Of a stretch of DNA of 64,000 nucleotides, positions 26,527 to 35,797 are shown piece by piece (position 1 is the first letter of the stretch; each line of letters opens with the position of its first letter). Under the pieces are notes generated by a model. That model did not search any database and had not been told where the DNA came from. It saw only the letters and a program-made list of their open reading frames with translations. This DNA is from Blastocatellia bacterium (GTDB lineage Bacteria; Acidobacteriota; Blastocatellia; UBA7656): assembly GCA_035634255.1 (NCBI GenBank), contig DASQDI010000079.1, forward strand, positions 53,214-117,213. The letters are read 5' to 3'. The position numbers were made by a program, and so were the translations under genes.

Positions 26527-27381
26527 ATGGTGATTACTCGCAGAAGTTTCATGAAAGAGGCTGCCGGAGCCGTTTTCGGGGGAGTGGCTCTTGCCGGGAC
26601 CGGCCTGCTCGCGGCCCCGCGCTTCAAAGAGATCAGTAAGATCGGGTTGCAGTTGTACACCATGAGAAGAGAGATGGAGAAGGACTTCGCGGGCACCCTC
26701 GACAAGGTCGCCGCCATCGGCTACAGGGAGGTCGAATTCGCGGGGTACTTCGGCCGGACGCCGGAACAGGTCAAACAGGCTTTGAGCCATAGCGGGTTGA
26801 CCGCCCCGGCCGCGCACGTACCTCTTCAGTCGATACGCAACGATTGGACGAGGACCCTCGAAGCGGCAAACTCGATGGGCCACCGCTACCTGATTCTCGC
26901 CTACCTCCTGCCGAACGAGCGGAAGACTCTGGACGACTACAAGAGGCTTGCTGAGCTCCTCTCCAAAGCCGGGCGTGAGGCCAAAGGGGCCTCGATCCAG
27001 CTCGCTTATCACAACCACGATTTCGAGTTCGAGCGGCTGGACGGGCAGGTGCCCTACGACGTGTTGTTGAAGGAGACCGACCCGTCTCTGGTGAAGATGG
27101 AGCTGGACCTGTACTGGATAGCGAAAGCCGGGCAGGAGCCCTCGAAGTACTTCGCGATGTACCCCAAACGCTTCGAGCTTTTTCACGTCAAGGACATGGA
27201 CAACACCGCGAAGAAGCACTTCACGGAAGTGGGCCGGGGCGTGATCGATTTCAAGAGGATCTTCGGGCAGTCGGAACGGGCGGGCGTCCGGCACTATTTC
27301 GTCGAGCAGGATGAGACCCCCGGCTCGCCGTTCGACAGCATCAAGGTCAGCTACGATTACCTGAAGCGGATTAAGTTCTGA
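26527..27381 (+). CDS. Sugar phosphate isomerase/epimerase (xylose isomerase-like TIM barrel), Tat-exported
   Basis: TRRSFMKEAAG twin-arginine signal. YHNHDFEF and LFHVKD motifs. Confidence 0.8.
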   Translation: MVITRRSFMKEAAGAVFGGVALAGTGLLAAPRFKEISKIGLQLYTMRREMEKDFAGTLDKVAAIGYREVEFAGYFGRTPEQVKQALSHSGLTAPAAHVPLQSIRNDWTRTLEAANSMGHRYLILAYLLPNERKTLDDYKRLAELLSKAGREAKGASIQLAYHNHDFEFERLDGQVPYDVLLKETDPSLVKMELDLYWIAKAGQEPSKYFAMYPKRFELFHVKDMDNTAKKHFTEVGRGVIDFKRIFGQSERAGVRHYFVEQDETPGSPFDSIKVSYDYLKRIKF

Positions 27382-27386
27382 AGGCT

Positions 27387-28385
27387 ATGACGCAGGGCGC
27401 TTCGCTCGAACTGGTGAATCTCACGAGCAGGAGGGGGATGAGCGAGTCGTCCTTCGAGCGCGTGATGGAGTTGCTCGCCGAGAGGCGCGAGGCGGCGGGC
27501 GACGACCTGCTCGGGGCCTACGCGGAGACGGTAGATGAAAGCCTCTTCGCCGGGGACGACCCGCCGCCGCCCGACTGCCGCGAATGCGGGGCGTGCTGCT
27601 CTTACTTTCATCGCATACCCGTCCAGTTAACCGACCCGACCCCTCGTCTGTTTGCGTGGACGGTCTGGGAGGCCGGGGCGGCCTCCGGCCCGAAGCTCCT
27701 CTGGCTGCGCCGCGAGCCGGAAGCGGGTTACTGCGTGGCCCTGAGCGGAAGAGTCGGCGAAAGCGCCCTGTGCGCCATCTATGAACTGCGCCCGAGTTCG
27801 TGCAGAGAGTTCGACGCGGGGAGCGACCGCTGTCACGCCGTGAGGCGGTTGTATGGCCTTGAGCCTCGGCTTTCGGAATCAGAGACGAGGCGGCGCGCTC
27901 TGGCTCTGAGCCTGCGCGGGCACGGCGGCCGCGAGGAAGATGGTTTCGAAGAGAGCCCCGAAGAGAACAGGCCCGAAATCTCGGATGAAGCGGGGAGGCT
28001 CAAACTTCTTGAAGAGCTGATGAGGTTCAGCGGAGAGAAGATCGACCGCATAGTGGCCGAGTCCGAGCGGCTGCTCGAATTCTTCGAAGGGCGCGGCATA
28101 ACCGAGGGGGCTGACAGGTGCAGGCGCGTCCTGAAGGCAATCGAAGAAGATACTAAAGCGATGGCGGAGGAGCAGGCGCGCATCTCCATCCCCAACGACC
28201 TTGAGCCGCTTGAGCCGCGACAACTGGAAGAACTGTCGCGCGACATCCTGAGGGCGGGCCTCGCCTCGCACGGGGCGCTTGAGCGCGCGTCGAGATGGCT
28301 GATAGAACTGGGGAGGTTCGCTTTCGAAGCTTCGGGCATGCGAGACCGCGCGGGCGGGATGCCCGCCGGGCCGCCTTCTGCCTGA
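27387..28385 (+). CDS. YkgJ-like cysteine-cluster protein with a long charged C-terminal extension
   Basis: CRECGACCSYF...CAIYELRPSSCREF cluster, followed by about 170 aa of acidic/helical sequence. Confidence 0.6.
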   Translation: MTQGASLELVNLTSRRGMSESSFERVMELLAERREAAGDDLLGAYAETVDESLFAGDDPPPPDCRECGACCSYFHRIPVQLTDPTPRLFAWTVWEAGAASGPKLLWLRREPEAGYCVALSGRVGESALCAIYELRPSSCREFDAGSDRCHAVRRLYGLEPRLSESETRRRALALSLRGHGGREEDGFEESPEENRPEISDEAGRLKLLEELMRFSGEKIDRIVAESERLLEFFEGRGITEGADRCRRVLKAIEEDTKAMAEEQARISIPNDLEPLEPRQLEELSRDILRAGLASHGALERASRWLIELGRFAFEASGMRDRAGGMPAGPPSA

Positions 28386-28428
28386 CAAGTGACTGTACCA
28401 AACAGTGGCGGGTAATGAGGAGGGCCGG

Positions 28429-28818
28429 ATGGTTCGGAGCATAATCGCCGTCGTGACTGGTTTCTTGTTCATCGGCGCGCTATCGGTCGGCGCGACCTTC
28501 CTGTTGAAAATCGTGATGCCGGGGGCTCTAACGGCGCGCACGGAAAGCGTGCCGGTGCTGCTGCTGGTGATGGCCTACGTCGGGGTCTTCGCCGTGGCGG
28601 GCTGTTACCTCGCGGCGGTTCTGGCCGGTCGCAAGCCGATGAAGCACGCGCTGATCCTGGGGGTGCTCGGGCTGGCCTTCAATATAATAGGCACGATAGA
28701 CCGGTGGGACACCGCGCCCGCGTGGTTCCACATAATCTCCCTGCTGCTCGTGATGCCGTACGCATGGCTCGGCGGGCGCTTGCGAGAAATGCAGCTCCGG
28801 CAGGCCCGCGCCGCCTGA
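28429..28818 (+). CDS. Integral membrane protein
   Basis: ATG at 28429 after GAGGAGGG. Four hydrophobic helices. Confidence 0.55.
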   Translation: MVRSIIAVVTGFLFIGALSVGATFLLKIVMPGALTARTESVPVLLLVMAYVGVFAVAGCYLAAVLAGRKPMKHALILGVLGLAFNIIGTIDRWDTAPAWFHIISLLLVMPYAWLGGRLREMQLRQARAA

Positions 28819-28829
28819 CCGCCTTCCGC

Positions 28830-29861
28830 TCACCGCACGGGGTCGTAGCTGATCCCGAGGGTCATGATTTTTTGCAGCAAGGCTCCATACCCGACTCCGC
28901 AGTGCTCGGCCGAGTCGGCGAAGTCTTCGTTGTGCGCTATCTGGGGGTTCGGGTTCACCTCAAGCACGTAGATCCGGCCATCCTCCCTCAGGCGGTAGTC
29001 GATCCTCGCGTACCCGGTCAGGCCGAGTATCTTGTAGATGCGCTTTGAAAGGCGCTCGAACTCCCTTTTCGCCGGGGGCTCAAGCTCCGCCGGGCGGGTC
29101 GTAAGGCCGATCTTCTTTTGATACTCCACGTCCCACTTGACCTTGCCCGTGGCGATATTGGGCGCTCCTTCCGGCAGGTTGGCCATCACAAGCTCCCACG
29201 GCGTGTAGGCCTGAAGCTTCTGATTGCCGATCACTCCGACGTATATCTCGCGCCCTTCGACGTACTCTTCGGCGATGGCGTGCGTCCCGTTCTGCCGGTG
29301 GATGAACTCCACGCGCTCCTTCAGCCGCTCGTCGTCGCGCACGATTGAGGCCTGCGCTATCCCGACCGAGCCTTCGTCGCTGACCGATTTTACGAAGAGC
29401 GGGAAGGTCAAACGGCCCGGCCTCTGCACCTTGCGGTTGAGCGGGAAGACCCCGAAACGGGGCACGTGCACGCGGTGGTAAGCCAGAATCTTCTTCGTCA
29501 GAGCCTTGTCGTGGGTGAGGGTCAGGCCGCGGGGGTTGCACCCCGTGTACTTTTGCTTCCTCAATTCGAGGTAGCTCACCACGTGCTGGTCGAAGAGCGG
29601 ATAGCCGTCGAACTCTTCGAGCAGGTTGAAAGCTATGTGGGGCTTGTGCTCTTCGATGGCGTCCCGGATAACCCCAAGCTCGCCCCTGACCCCCACGGGC
29701 CAGACGCTGTGCCCCAGCCCGCGCAGGGTGGACACCACGTCGTATTCGGTGCGCCACTCCTCTTTCTCTTTATTGTCGACGCCATCCAGAGTGTCGGGCG
29801 GGACCAGGTCTTCGCGCACCAGCACGATGGCGCGGAGCTTTTTCTTAGGCTTGAATCTCAT
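28830..29861 (-). CDS. ATP-grasp enzyme (D-Ala-D-Ala ligase-like family)
   Basis: FPLFVKSVSDEGSVGI, EEYVEGREIYVGVIG and ARIDYRL...IYVLEVNPNP motifs. The ATG overlaps the upstream stop (ATGA at 29858-29861). Confidence 0.8.
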   Translation of the reverse strand: MRFKPKKKLRAIVLVREDLVPPDTLDGVDNKEKEEWRTEYDVVSTLRGLGHSVWPVGVRGELGVIRDAIEEHKPHIAFNLLEEFDGYPLFDQHVVSYLELRKQKYTGCNPRGLTLTHDKALTKKILAYHRVHVPRFGVFPLNRKVQRPGRLTFPLFVKSVSDEGSVGIAQASIVRDDERLKERVEFIHRQNGTHAIAEEYVEGREIYVGVIGNQKLQAYTPWELVMANLPEGAPNIATGKVKWDVEYQKKIGLTTRPAELEPPAKREFERLSKRIYKILGLTGYARIDYRLREDGRIYVLEVNPNPQIAHNEDFADSAEHCGVGYGALLQKIMTLGISYDPVR

Positions 29862-30850
29862 AGAGCAATCCTGTGATAGCCGGAATGAATTCCGTTCATG
29901 GTCTGGACCGTCAACAGCACGAGCGCCTTCTGCCGCGCATGCTCCGGCGTCAGGTCGACTCGCAGCTTCAGCTCCCTGCAACGGTTGATCATCTGTGTGA
30001 GCATCTGGTCGATGGCGTAGTTGTGCACGCCGGTCGCTTCCGCCACCTCGCGGCATAGCTCGCGGCGGGAGCGTTTGAGGAAGGTGACCGCGCTCGGGGC
30101 TGATTTGTGGCGGGGCTCCGGCGAGAAGATGCGGAGCAGGTCGCGGTCATAATCGCGGGGCCACAGGAAGGCGTAGTATTGCCGCTTCTTCCGGTAATGC
30201 TCGCGCAGAGTCATCTCCAGCCCGGACAACTCGTCGACCCTCTCGCGGGATTCGTCGACGGGCGCCTTGCCCTCAAGCTCTCTGATAATTCCTTCGACGT
30301 ATTCCAGCTTGCGAAGGGCGGGCCAGCCCGCGTACTGCCTCTTCCACCGCGCTCCGGGCGCTACCACCACGGCGAAGGTCTCCGCGAAATCTTCGGCCGG
30401 GTGCGCCTGGGCGTACCACGCCGGAAGGTGCAGGACGTAGTCGCGGCTGTTAGGCTCCGGCTTGTACCAGTTGGGGTAGGGGCGTTTGTACGAGCCGAAC
30501 AACTCCCGGTAGAGCGGCCTGCGGTAAAGGCGAAACGCATTATCCAGCGCGTGGCCTGCCTCATGCCGCATGATCCGGAGGCAGTCTTTTTCGGAGCCGC
30601 CTTCCACTTCCAACATCTGCCTGCGCTCAAGTTTGGACAGCCGGGGGTGGGCCAGGTAAAAAGGGATGGCGAAGCCCGCGACCTGATCGGGGGAGAACCA
30701 CTCTTCGGACAGCCAGACGTGAGGCCTGAATCGAAGGCCGCGAGCTTCGAGCTCTCCGTAGAGCCTCTCGGCGCGGCGCTCAAGGGGAGTCCCTTCGATG
30801 GCGACGGGCAGGTCGCACAGGCGCGCGTCGAGCAATTGCTCGTCCGTCAT
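29858..30850 (-). CDS. Putative zinc metallopeptidase (Peptidase_Mx-like)
   Basis: IMRHEAGHALDNAF (HExxH) and AHPAEDFAETFA motifs. Start taken at ATG 30850; the track uses TTG at 30919. Confidence 0.7.
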   Translation of the reverse strand: MTDEQLLDARLCDLPVAIEGTPLERRAERLYGELEARGLRFRPHVWLSEEWFSPDQVAGFAIPFYLAHPRLSKLERRQMLEVEGGSEKDCLRIMRHEAGHALDNAFRLYRRPLYRELFGSYKRPYPNWYKPEPNSRDYVLHLPAWYAQAHPAEDFAETFAVVVAPGARWKRQYAGWPALRKLEYVEGIIRELEGKAPVDESRERVDELSGLEMTLREHYRKKRQYYAFLWPRDYDRDLLRIFSPEPRHKSAPSAVTFLKRSRRELCREVAEATGVHNYAIDQMLTQMINRCRELKLRVDLTPEHARQKALVLLTVQTMNGIHSGYHRIAL

Positions 30851-31108
30851 GCGATCAAGTTCTTTTGCACGCAACACGCGCCGGAAGCTCCGCCTTAAAT
30901 TTGATAGAGTCTCCTCCAAGCGCCTGCGTGATTATAGCTTATGACGCGGCCCCGCGTCTTTGGCTGGAACTGATTGTTAGGCCATATCTTTCGCGGGGAG
31001 CGGCCGACTCCGTCCGGGCGACAGGGGCTTGCAAAATGGGCAGGGCCAGAACCGGCGATCTCTTTCTCTTAATGATCGTCGTCTTTCTGAACGGAGCCTT
31101 CCGGCGAG

Positions 31109-31143
31109 AAAAAAGGTGCGGGGAGATGATTTCTCTCCGCACC
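31109..31143 (-). terminator. Rho-independent terminator-like hairpin with no annotated upstream gene
   Basis: 12-bp stem (31115-31126 pairing with 31132-31143, one mismatch). On the minus strand it is followed by TTTTTT (31109-31114). Confidence 0.45.
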
Positions 31144-31315
31144 GTAACTTCAACGCGGGTTTGTGAGGCACAACTCAGACTTAATGCAGAAAAACTACAC
31201 CTTACCCTTTGCTCGCCCCTGCCGGTGAAGATAGTCGAAATATACACCGCGCCCGTATAAAACTGAACCGTCCGTGAGCGCTTTTCGAAGGACCTCATCA
31301 TATCCATAGCGCGGG

Positions 31316-31343
31316 TTGTTTTGCCAGTTAATTGGAGTATAAT
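31316..31343 (+). promoter_or_regulatory. Sigma70-like promoter for the 31389 gene
   Basis: TTGTTT (31316-31321), 16-nt spacer, perfect TATAAT (31338-31343). Confidence 0.35.
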
Positions 31344-31388
31344 GAGGTTTCCTCCTAACAGAATCAAAAGGTTATAAGGTTATAAAGT

Positions 31389-32816
31389 ATGACGCGCGAA
31401 GTGTTGCATTCGGCCGTTAACAAGTTAAGTGCGGCTGGGCCTGGGACCGAAGAGAAGATGGAGCAGTTGGAGAAGATTTTGGGGAGCCGCCTGCTCCAGG
31501 GCTCGGGCAATCTCAGGTCTCTGCTCAGGTATGTCACCCTCAAAGTGATCGAAGACCAGGACATTCAACTGAAGGAGTACATAATCGCGACCGACGTGTT
31601 CGGTCGCGGTAGCGATTTCGACGCGCGCACCGATTCGGTCGTGCGCGTGCAGGCGAAGAGGCTCAGAGAGAAATTAAAAGAGTATTACGAGACGGAAGGC
31701 AAAGAGGACAGGGTTCTGATCGAGCTTCCGAAGGGGCAGTACAACGTGGCCTTCTCGTTCATCGAAAGGGAGGGAGAGGAGCGGGTCGCCGCCGAGCCGG
31801 AGCCGCCCGTCGCCCCGCTCGGGGCGCAGACGCCCCAGGAGCAGGAGGGCGCCGCGCAAACGCCACCGGCCCCTTCGCCCTCGCTCCTCGACGGGGAGAA
31901 GCTATGGAAGATGGCTTCGGGCGCGGCGCTCTTAGTGTTGCTCGGCTCGATCATAGTGCTCTCACTCTCGTATAACAACTTTCGCACGCAGTCCAGCGAG
32001 ACCGGCCCGACAGACCTGAACGTCTCCCCCGGAGCCGTGTGGGACCCCTTCATGCGGAGCGGCCTTCCCACCCTGCTCGTCCTGAGCAACCCGCCCGTTT
32101 ATCGCTTCTCGAACGGCTCGGACCCGGAAGTGTTGCTGAAGAAGTCGATGGAGATGACTTCGGAGCAAACTGAGCTGATGGCCCAGTCGCTCAAGGACAA
32201 GTTCGTGATGAGGCAGTCGCACGCCCCCCGGCTGATCCTCTCCTCCGGAGACTACACGGGGATGGGCGAGGCCATAGGGGTTTACTGCGTCACCGACCTC
32301 TTCCGGTCGTCCGGGAAGAAGATAGCGCTCAAGCAGAGCCGCACCGTCAGCGCGGAAGACCTTAAGAGCAACAACATGATTTTGCTCGGGAGCGTCTGGG
32401 CGAACGAGTGGTCCGGGAAGCTGCCCATCAAGGAAGATTTCACCTACAGCCTGAACGCCACCATCGATAACAACAACCCCCTGCCCGGAGAGGAGCGCGA
32501 GTACAGGCCGAAGTTCAACGAGCAGACGGGCGAGCTTGTGGAAGACTACGCCCTCATCACGGTCAAGCCGAGCGTCTCCGTCCGCAACATACTGATGGTC
32601 CTGTCGGGCATCCACAGCGAAGGGACGCAGGCCGCGGCGGAGTACGTGACCAGGAGGGATTACCTGAACAACCTCAACCAGCGCCTCGAACAGATGGCGG
32701 TCAGGGGCACGCCTCCGAAGTACTACCAGGTACTTCTGAAGGTCCAGGTGGTGAACGGAATCTCGATGACCGTCTCGATAGTCTCCATCCATCAACTCGT
32801 GGCGGCCGGGGAGTGA
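31389..32816 (+). CDS. Membrane-anchored protein of unknown function
   Basis: N-terminal cytoplasmic module (LLRYVTLKVIE...VRVQAKRLREKLKEYYETEG...LPKGQYNVAFSF), one TM segment (ALLVLLGSIIVLSLSY) and a large external domain. Confidence 0.6.
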   Translation: MTREVLHSAVNKLSAAGPGTEEKMEQLEKILGSRLLQGSGNLRSLLRYVTLKVIEDQDIQLKEYIIATDVFGRGSDFDARTDSVVRVQAKRLREKLKEYYETEGKEDRVLIELPKGQYNVAFSFIEREGEERVAAEPEPPVAPLGAQTPQEQEGAAQTPPAPSPSLLDGEKLWKMASGAALLVLLGSIIVLSLSYNNFRTQSSETGPTDLNVSPGAVWDPFMRSGLPTLLVLSNPPVYRFSNGSDPEVLLKKSMEMTSEQTELMAQSLKDKFVMRQSHAPRLILSSGDYTGMGEAIGVYCVTDLFRSSGKKIALKQSRTVSAEDLKSNNMILLGSVWANEWSGKLPIKEDFTYSLNATIDNNNPLPGEEREYRPKFNEQTGELVEDYALITVKPSVSVRNILMVLSGIHSEGTQAAAEYVTRRDYLNNLNQRLEQMAVRGTPPKYYQVLLKVQVVNGISMTVSIVSIHQLVAAGE

Positions 32817-32829
32817 TATGGGGCCGCCC

Positions 32830-33738
32830 TTACGGAGATTTGGGAGGGGGGAAGTGGGGCTTGTTGGGCAGGACGATGTTTTTACCCACGCCCACGTCGT
32901 TAAGAGTTATCTGTTTGCGCGTGTTCCTGTCCACCTTCCACCGGGCCTGCCAGTACCAGAGGCCATAGTCTGAGCACTTCTCGCCGTTCCACTCGATCCA
33001 CTGCCGGAAATTATTGTACGTCTCGTAGCTCTTCTCGCCCCACCGGATGTCCGGCGCGTCCAGGTCGTATATCTTACCTTCGGAGTCGGGAGTCAGCCTG
33101 AGGTACCTCGGGTTCGACGTGTCGGAGGTCCACACCTTGTTGGTGGAGTCCGCGACGTGCCCATCTATCCAGTTGTGAGAGAAGACCTCGCGCTTGAACG
33201 CCCAGCCCGATGCCACGACTTTGTGGACGCCTTTGGGCGACAGGGTGGCGACCGGGGCGACTTTGGCGGAAGCGCCCATATTGTCTACGAAAGTGCCTTC
33301 CTTCTCGTCGATAAGTGATGACATCGGGCTTTTGAAGGTGACGGCCCCGAGCTTGTCGGTCGCGTCCCGCGAGCCCGGATCGAAGGGCGCCGCGTTGGGC
33401 GGCCGAAGCCCGCTCTTCTTGATCTCGATGACCGCCCACAATACCCAAAGGTCGACGTGATCTTTCACGCCCCCGAGGGACGCCTCGACGTGATACTTTT
33501 TGCTGGCCGCGAGCGACACCTTGCGCTGGTTCGGCTTGCCCGGCACCGGAGAGCCCGAGCCTTCGGACCACCGAATCTGCTTCCACTCAGCTTCGTTATT
33601 GTTGGGGGCGGTCTTCGCCTCGACAATCGCATGGGCCGAACTATTCTTCACCGCCGCCCAGTTCTTGTCGCCCGTGACGTTCGCCTGAGTTGCATTCTCC
33701 ACCACGGTGAGCTTGACTAGTTTAGCTGGAGTGGACAT
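32830..33738 (-). CDS. Hypothetical protein
   Basis: 302-aa ORF, W/K/N-rich non-shadow composition, no signal peptide, no family recognised. Confidence 0.6.
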   Translation of the reverse strand: MSTPAKLVKLTVVENATQANVTGDKNWAAVKNSSAHAIVEAKTAPNNNEAEWKQIRWSEGSGSPVPGKPNQRKVSLAASKKYHVEASLGGVKDHVDLWVLWAVIEIKKSGLRPPNAAPFDPGSRDATDKLGAVTFKSPMSSLIDEKEGTFVDNMGASAKVAPVATLSPKGVHKVVASGWAFKREVFSHNWIDGHVADSTNKVWTSDTSNPRYLRLTPDSEGKIYDLDAPDIRWGEKSYETYNNFRQWIEWNGEKCSDYGLWYWQARWKVDRNTRKQITLNDVGVGKNIVLPNKPHFPPPKSP

Positions 33739-33945
33739 CGCGGCCTCTCCTGAAAACCTGATCCCTGCCTGAAGGGGCTGTCTGTTACGTTCATCTCATT
33801 TTTTCCGGTCAAGCCTATTACTACTCGTGATTCATGTCAAATCGCGGCCGGGCCCGCCTGCCGAACCCGTTACCGATGCTAGGTGCCGCGCGCGGGCTGC
33901 TGATAAAATCATGCCGCGACCGGATCAAGGCAAGGAGGCAGACAG

Positions 33946-34548
33946 GTGAAACTCAAGATCGTTCAGGTAGGCGAGCCCGTGCTCAGGCAGAGGGCGCGCG
34001 CGCTCTCGCCGGAGGACATAAAGAGCCCGTCAACCCAGCAGCTCATCGAGTCCATGAAAGAGACCATGCGCAAGGCCCCCGGCGTCGGGCTCGCCGCGCC
34101 GCAGATAGGCCAGCCCCTTCAGCTCGCCGTCATAGAAGACCGCTCCGAGTACATGAAAGACCTCTCCCCGGAAACCGTGGACGAGCGCGGCCGCGCGGCC
34201 ATCCCGTTCCACGTGATAATAAATCCGGAGCTGAAAGTGGTGGAGGCCGGGCCGGCCTACTTCTTCGAAGGGTGCCTCAGCCTCACGGGATTCACCGCCA
34301 TAGTCCCGCGCGCGCTGGCCGTGGAGGTGCGGTGCCTGAACGAGCGCGCCGAGCCCGTGACCATCAGGGCGCGCGGCTGGTACGCGCGAATACTCCAGCA
34401 CGAGATAGACCACCTGAACGGGAAAGTCTACATCGACCGCATGGAGGCGCGCTCGTTCACGACGATGGACAACTATTCGAAGCACTGGCTGGACCACCCG
34501 GTCGAACACGTGCGGATAAGCCTCGGCCTGGTGCCGTGGAAAAGCTGA
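33946..34548 (+). CDS. def: Peptide deformylase
   Basis: GVGLAAPQIG, EGCLS and HEIDHLNG motifs. GTG start after AAGGAGG. Confidence 0.9.
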   Translation: MKLKIVQVGEPVLRQRARALSPEDIKSPSTQQLIESMKETMRKAPGVGLAAPQIGQPLQLAVIEDRSEYMKDLSPETVDERGRAAIPFHVIINPELKVVEAGPAYFFEGCLSLTGFTAIVPRALAVEVRCLNERAEPVTIRARGWYARILQHEIDHLNGKVYIDRMEARSFTTMDNYSKHWLDHPVEHVRISLGLVPWKS

Positions 34549-34582
34549 GGGACGAGCGCGCGACGTCGGAACGGCCGCCGCC

Positions 34583-35254
34583 TTACTTCGCCCTGCGGCC
34601 CGCCGCCTTGAGGATGTAGTCGGAGGCGTCGGGGGTCTTGCAGTTGGTCTCTCCATGATCCACTTCGACTTTGCCGATCCTTTTCGCGGAGGCGAGGGCC
34701 TTCTTCTGCAAGCCGGGACTCCGCAGGCCGATTGCTATCAGGGCCGAATTCATCGCGTCCTTCACGCGGTTCTTGCGCGAGTGAATGTCCCGCTCGATGG
34801 TTTCGAGGAAGGTCTCGAAGTAAGAGTCGTCAAGCTCCGCGTCACTCGCGGCCAGACGCGCCAGCACCAGCCAGCCCGCGCGCCCGACCATCTCCGCGCC
34901 CGATTTGCTCCACTTCTCCATCCTGCCGCGGGCGTACGGGGTGCGGGCCGCGAACCCGGCGAAGGCGTCGGTGATCGGGTAATTGCTCAACTCCTTCGCC
35001 CACCTGTCGAGCACGGCCGCCTTGACCAGAGATGGGTCGCCTACCATCGTGGCGAGCAAGCGGGCGTCGTGGTTGCCCGATTCCCAGAGCCTTTCCGCGA
35101 GGACCTGATCGACCTTGATCCTCTTCTTCAGAGCCCCGAGCGCGGCGTAACTGACCCCGTAAAGATCACCCTCGACGCCGTGACGCCTGTAGGTCTTCCG
35201 GGTCTGCTCCGAGCCGAGGGCCTTCAACTCCTCCATCGCGTCTTCGTAATTCAT
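34583..35254 (-). CDS. DNA alkylation repair protein (AlkD-like HEAT repeat)
   Basis: EELKALGSEQTRKTYRRHG...LWESGNHDARLLA pattern. 223 aa. Confidence 0.85.
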   Translation of the reverse strand: MNYEDAMEELKALGSEQTRKTYRRHGVEGDLYGVSYAALGALKKRIKVDQVLAERLWESGNHDARLLATMVGDPSLVKAAVLDRWAKELSNYPITDAFAGFAARTPYARGRMEKWSKSGAEMVGRAGWLVLARLAASDAELDDSYFETFLETIERDIHSRKNRVKDAMNSALIAIGLRSPGLQKKALASAKRIGKVEVDHGETNCKTPDASDYILKAAGRRAK

Positions 35255-35291
35255 GCCGAGTGCTCAACCTTTCTTAGTCCGGGATTAGGCC

Positions 35292-35678
35292 TCATGGCTT
35301 TGGCCGCTTGAAGTATAAACCATCCAGCTTGGTGCCCCTGACCTCCATCGGCCCCGGCCCGACCATCTCCCACCCTTCGTCTCCAAGGCGGGCGACGGCC
35401 TTAGCGGCGGCCGCGTTGGTCGTCGCGTTGTCCTCAACGTCCACGACGCGCACGCCCGAATCTCTGTAGTAGGTTATCCAGTACACGCCGGCCCTGCCGC
35501 CCACGTACGCGGCCTTTGTGACCACGCAATACTCCCACCTCTGGGGCGGGCTTTCTACCGCGGCCTCCGCCTCGGGCGTGACTGAGCGGTCTGCCCGGAG
35601 ACTGCTGAAGAACAGCCCGCCCCCTAGGAATCCGACCGTGAAGATGGCTGCGGCGATAAACTGTCGCATTCTATTCAT
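35292..35678 (-). CDS. Membrane-anchored hypothetical protein
   Basis: ATG at 35678 after GGAGGAGA. N-terminal TM segment FIAAAIFTVGFLGGGLFF. Confidence 0.55.
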   Translation of the reverse strand: MNRMRQFIAAAIFTVGFLGGGLFFSSLRADRSVTPEAEAAVESPPQRWEYCVVTKAAYVGGRAGVYWITYYRDSGVRVVDVEDNATTNAAAAKAVARLGDEGWEMVGPGPMEVRGTKLDGLYFKRPKP

Positions 35679-35797
35679 CGTCTCTCCTCCCTGAAGATCG
35701 GCAATGTATATCTCCATCAAATAACGCGGGGCGGTCGGAAAAGTGGCAAAATAAAAAGGCCCGCGGCACAGGATCGCAAGCGAGACCGCGCCGCCCC

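Noticed and set aside
28830-29861. The Ddl-like ATP-grasp as the cognate ligase of the microviridin-like precursor
   Set aside because: It is 19 kb away and translationally coupled to a different partner (the HExxH protein). Its motifs resemble D-Ala-D-Ala ligase-type enzymes rather than MdnB/MdnC as I recall them. This remains untested.
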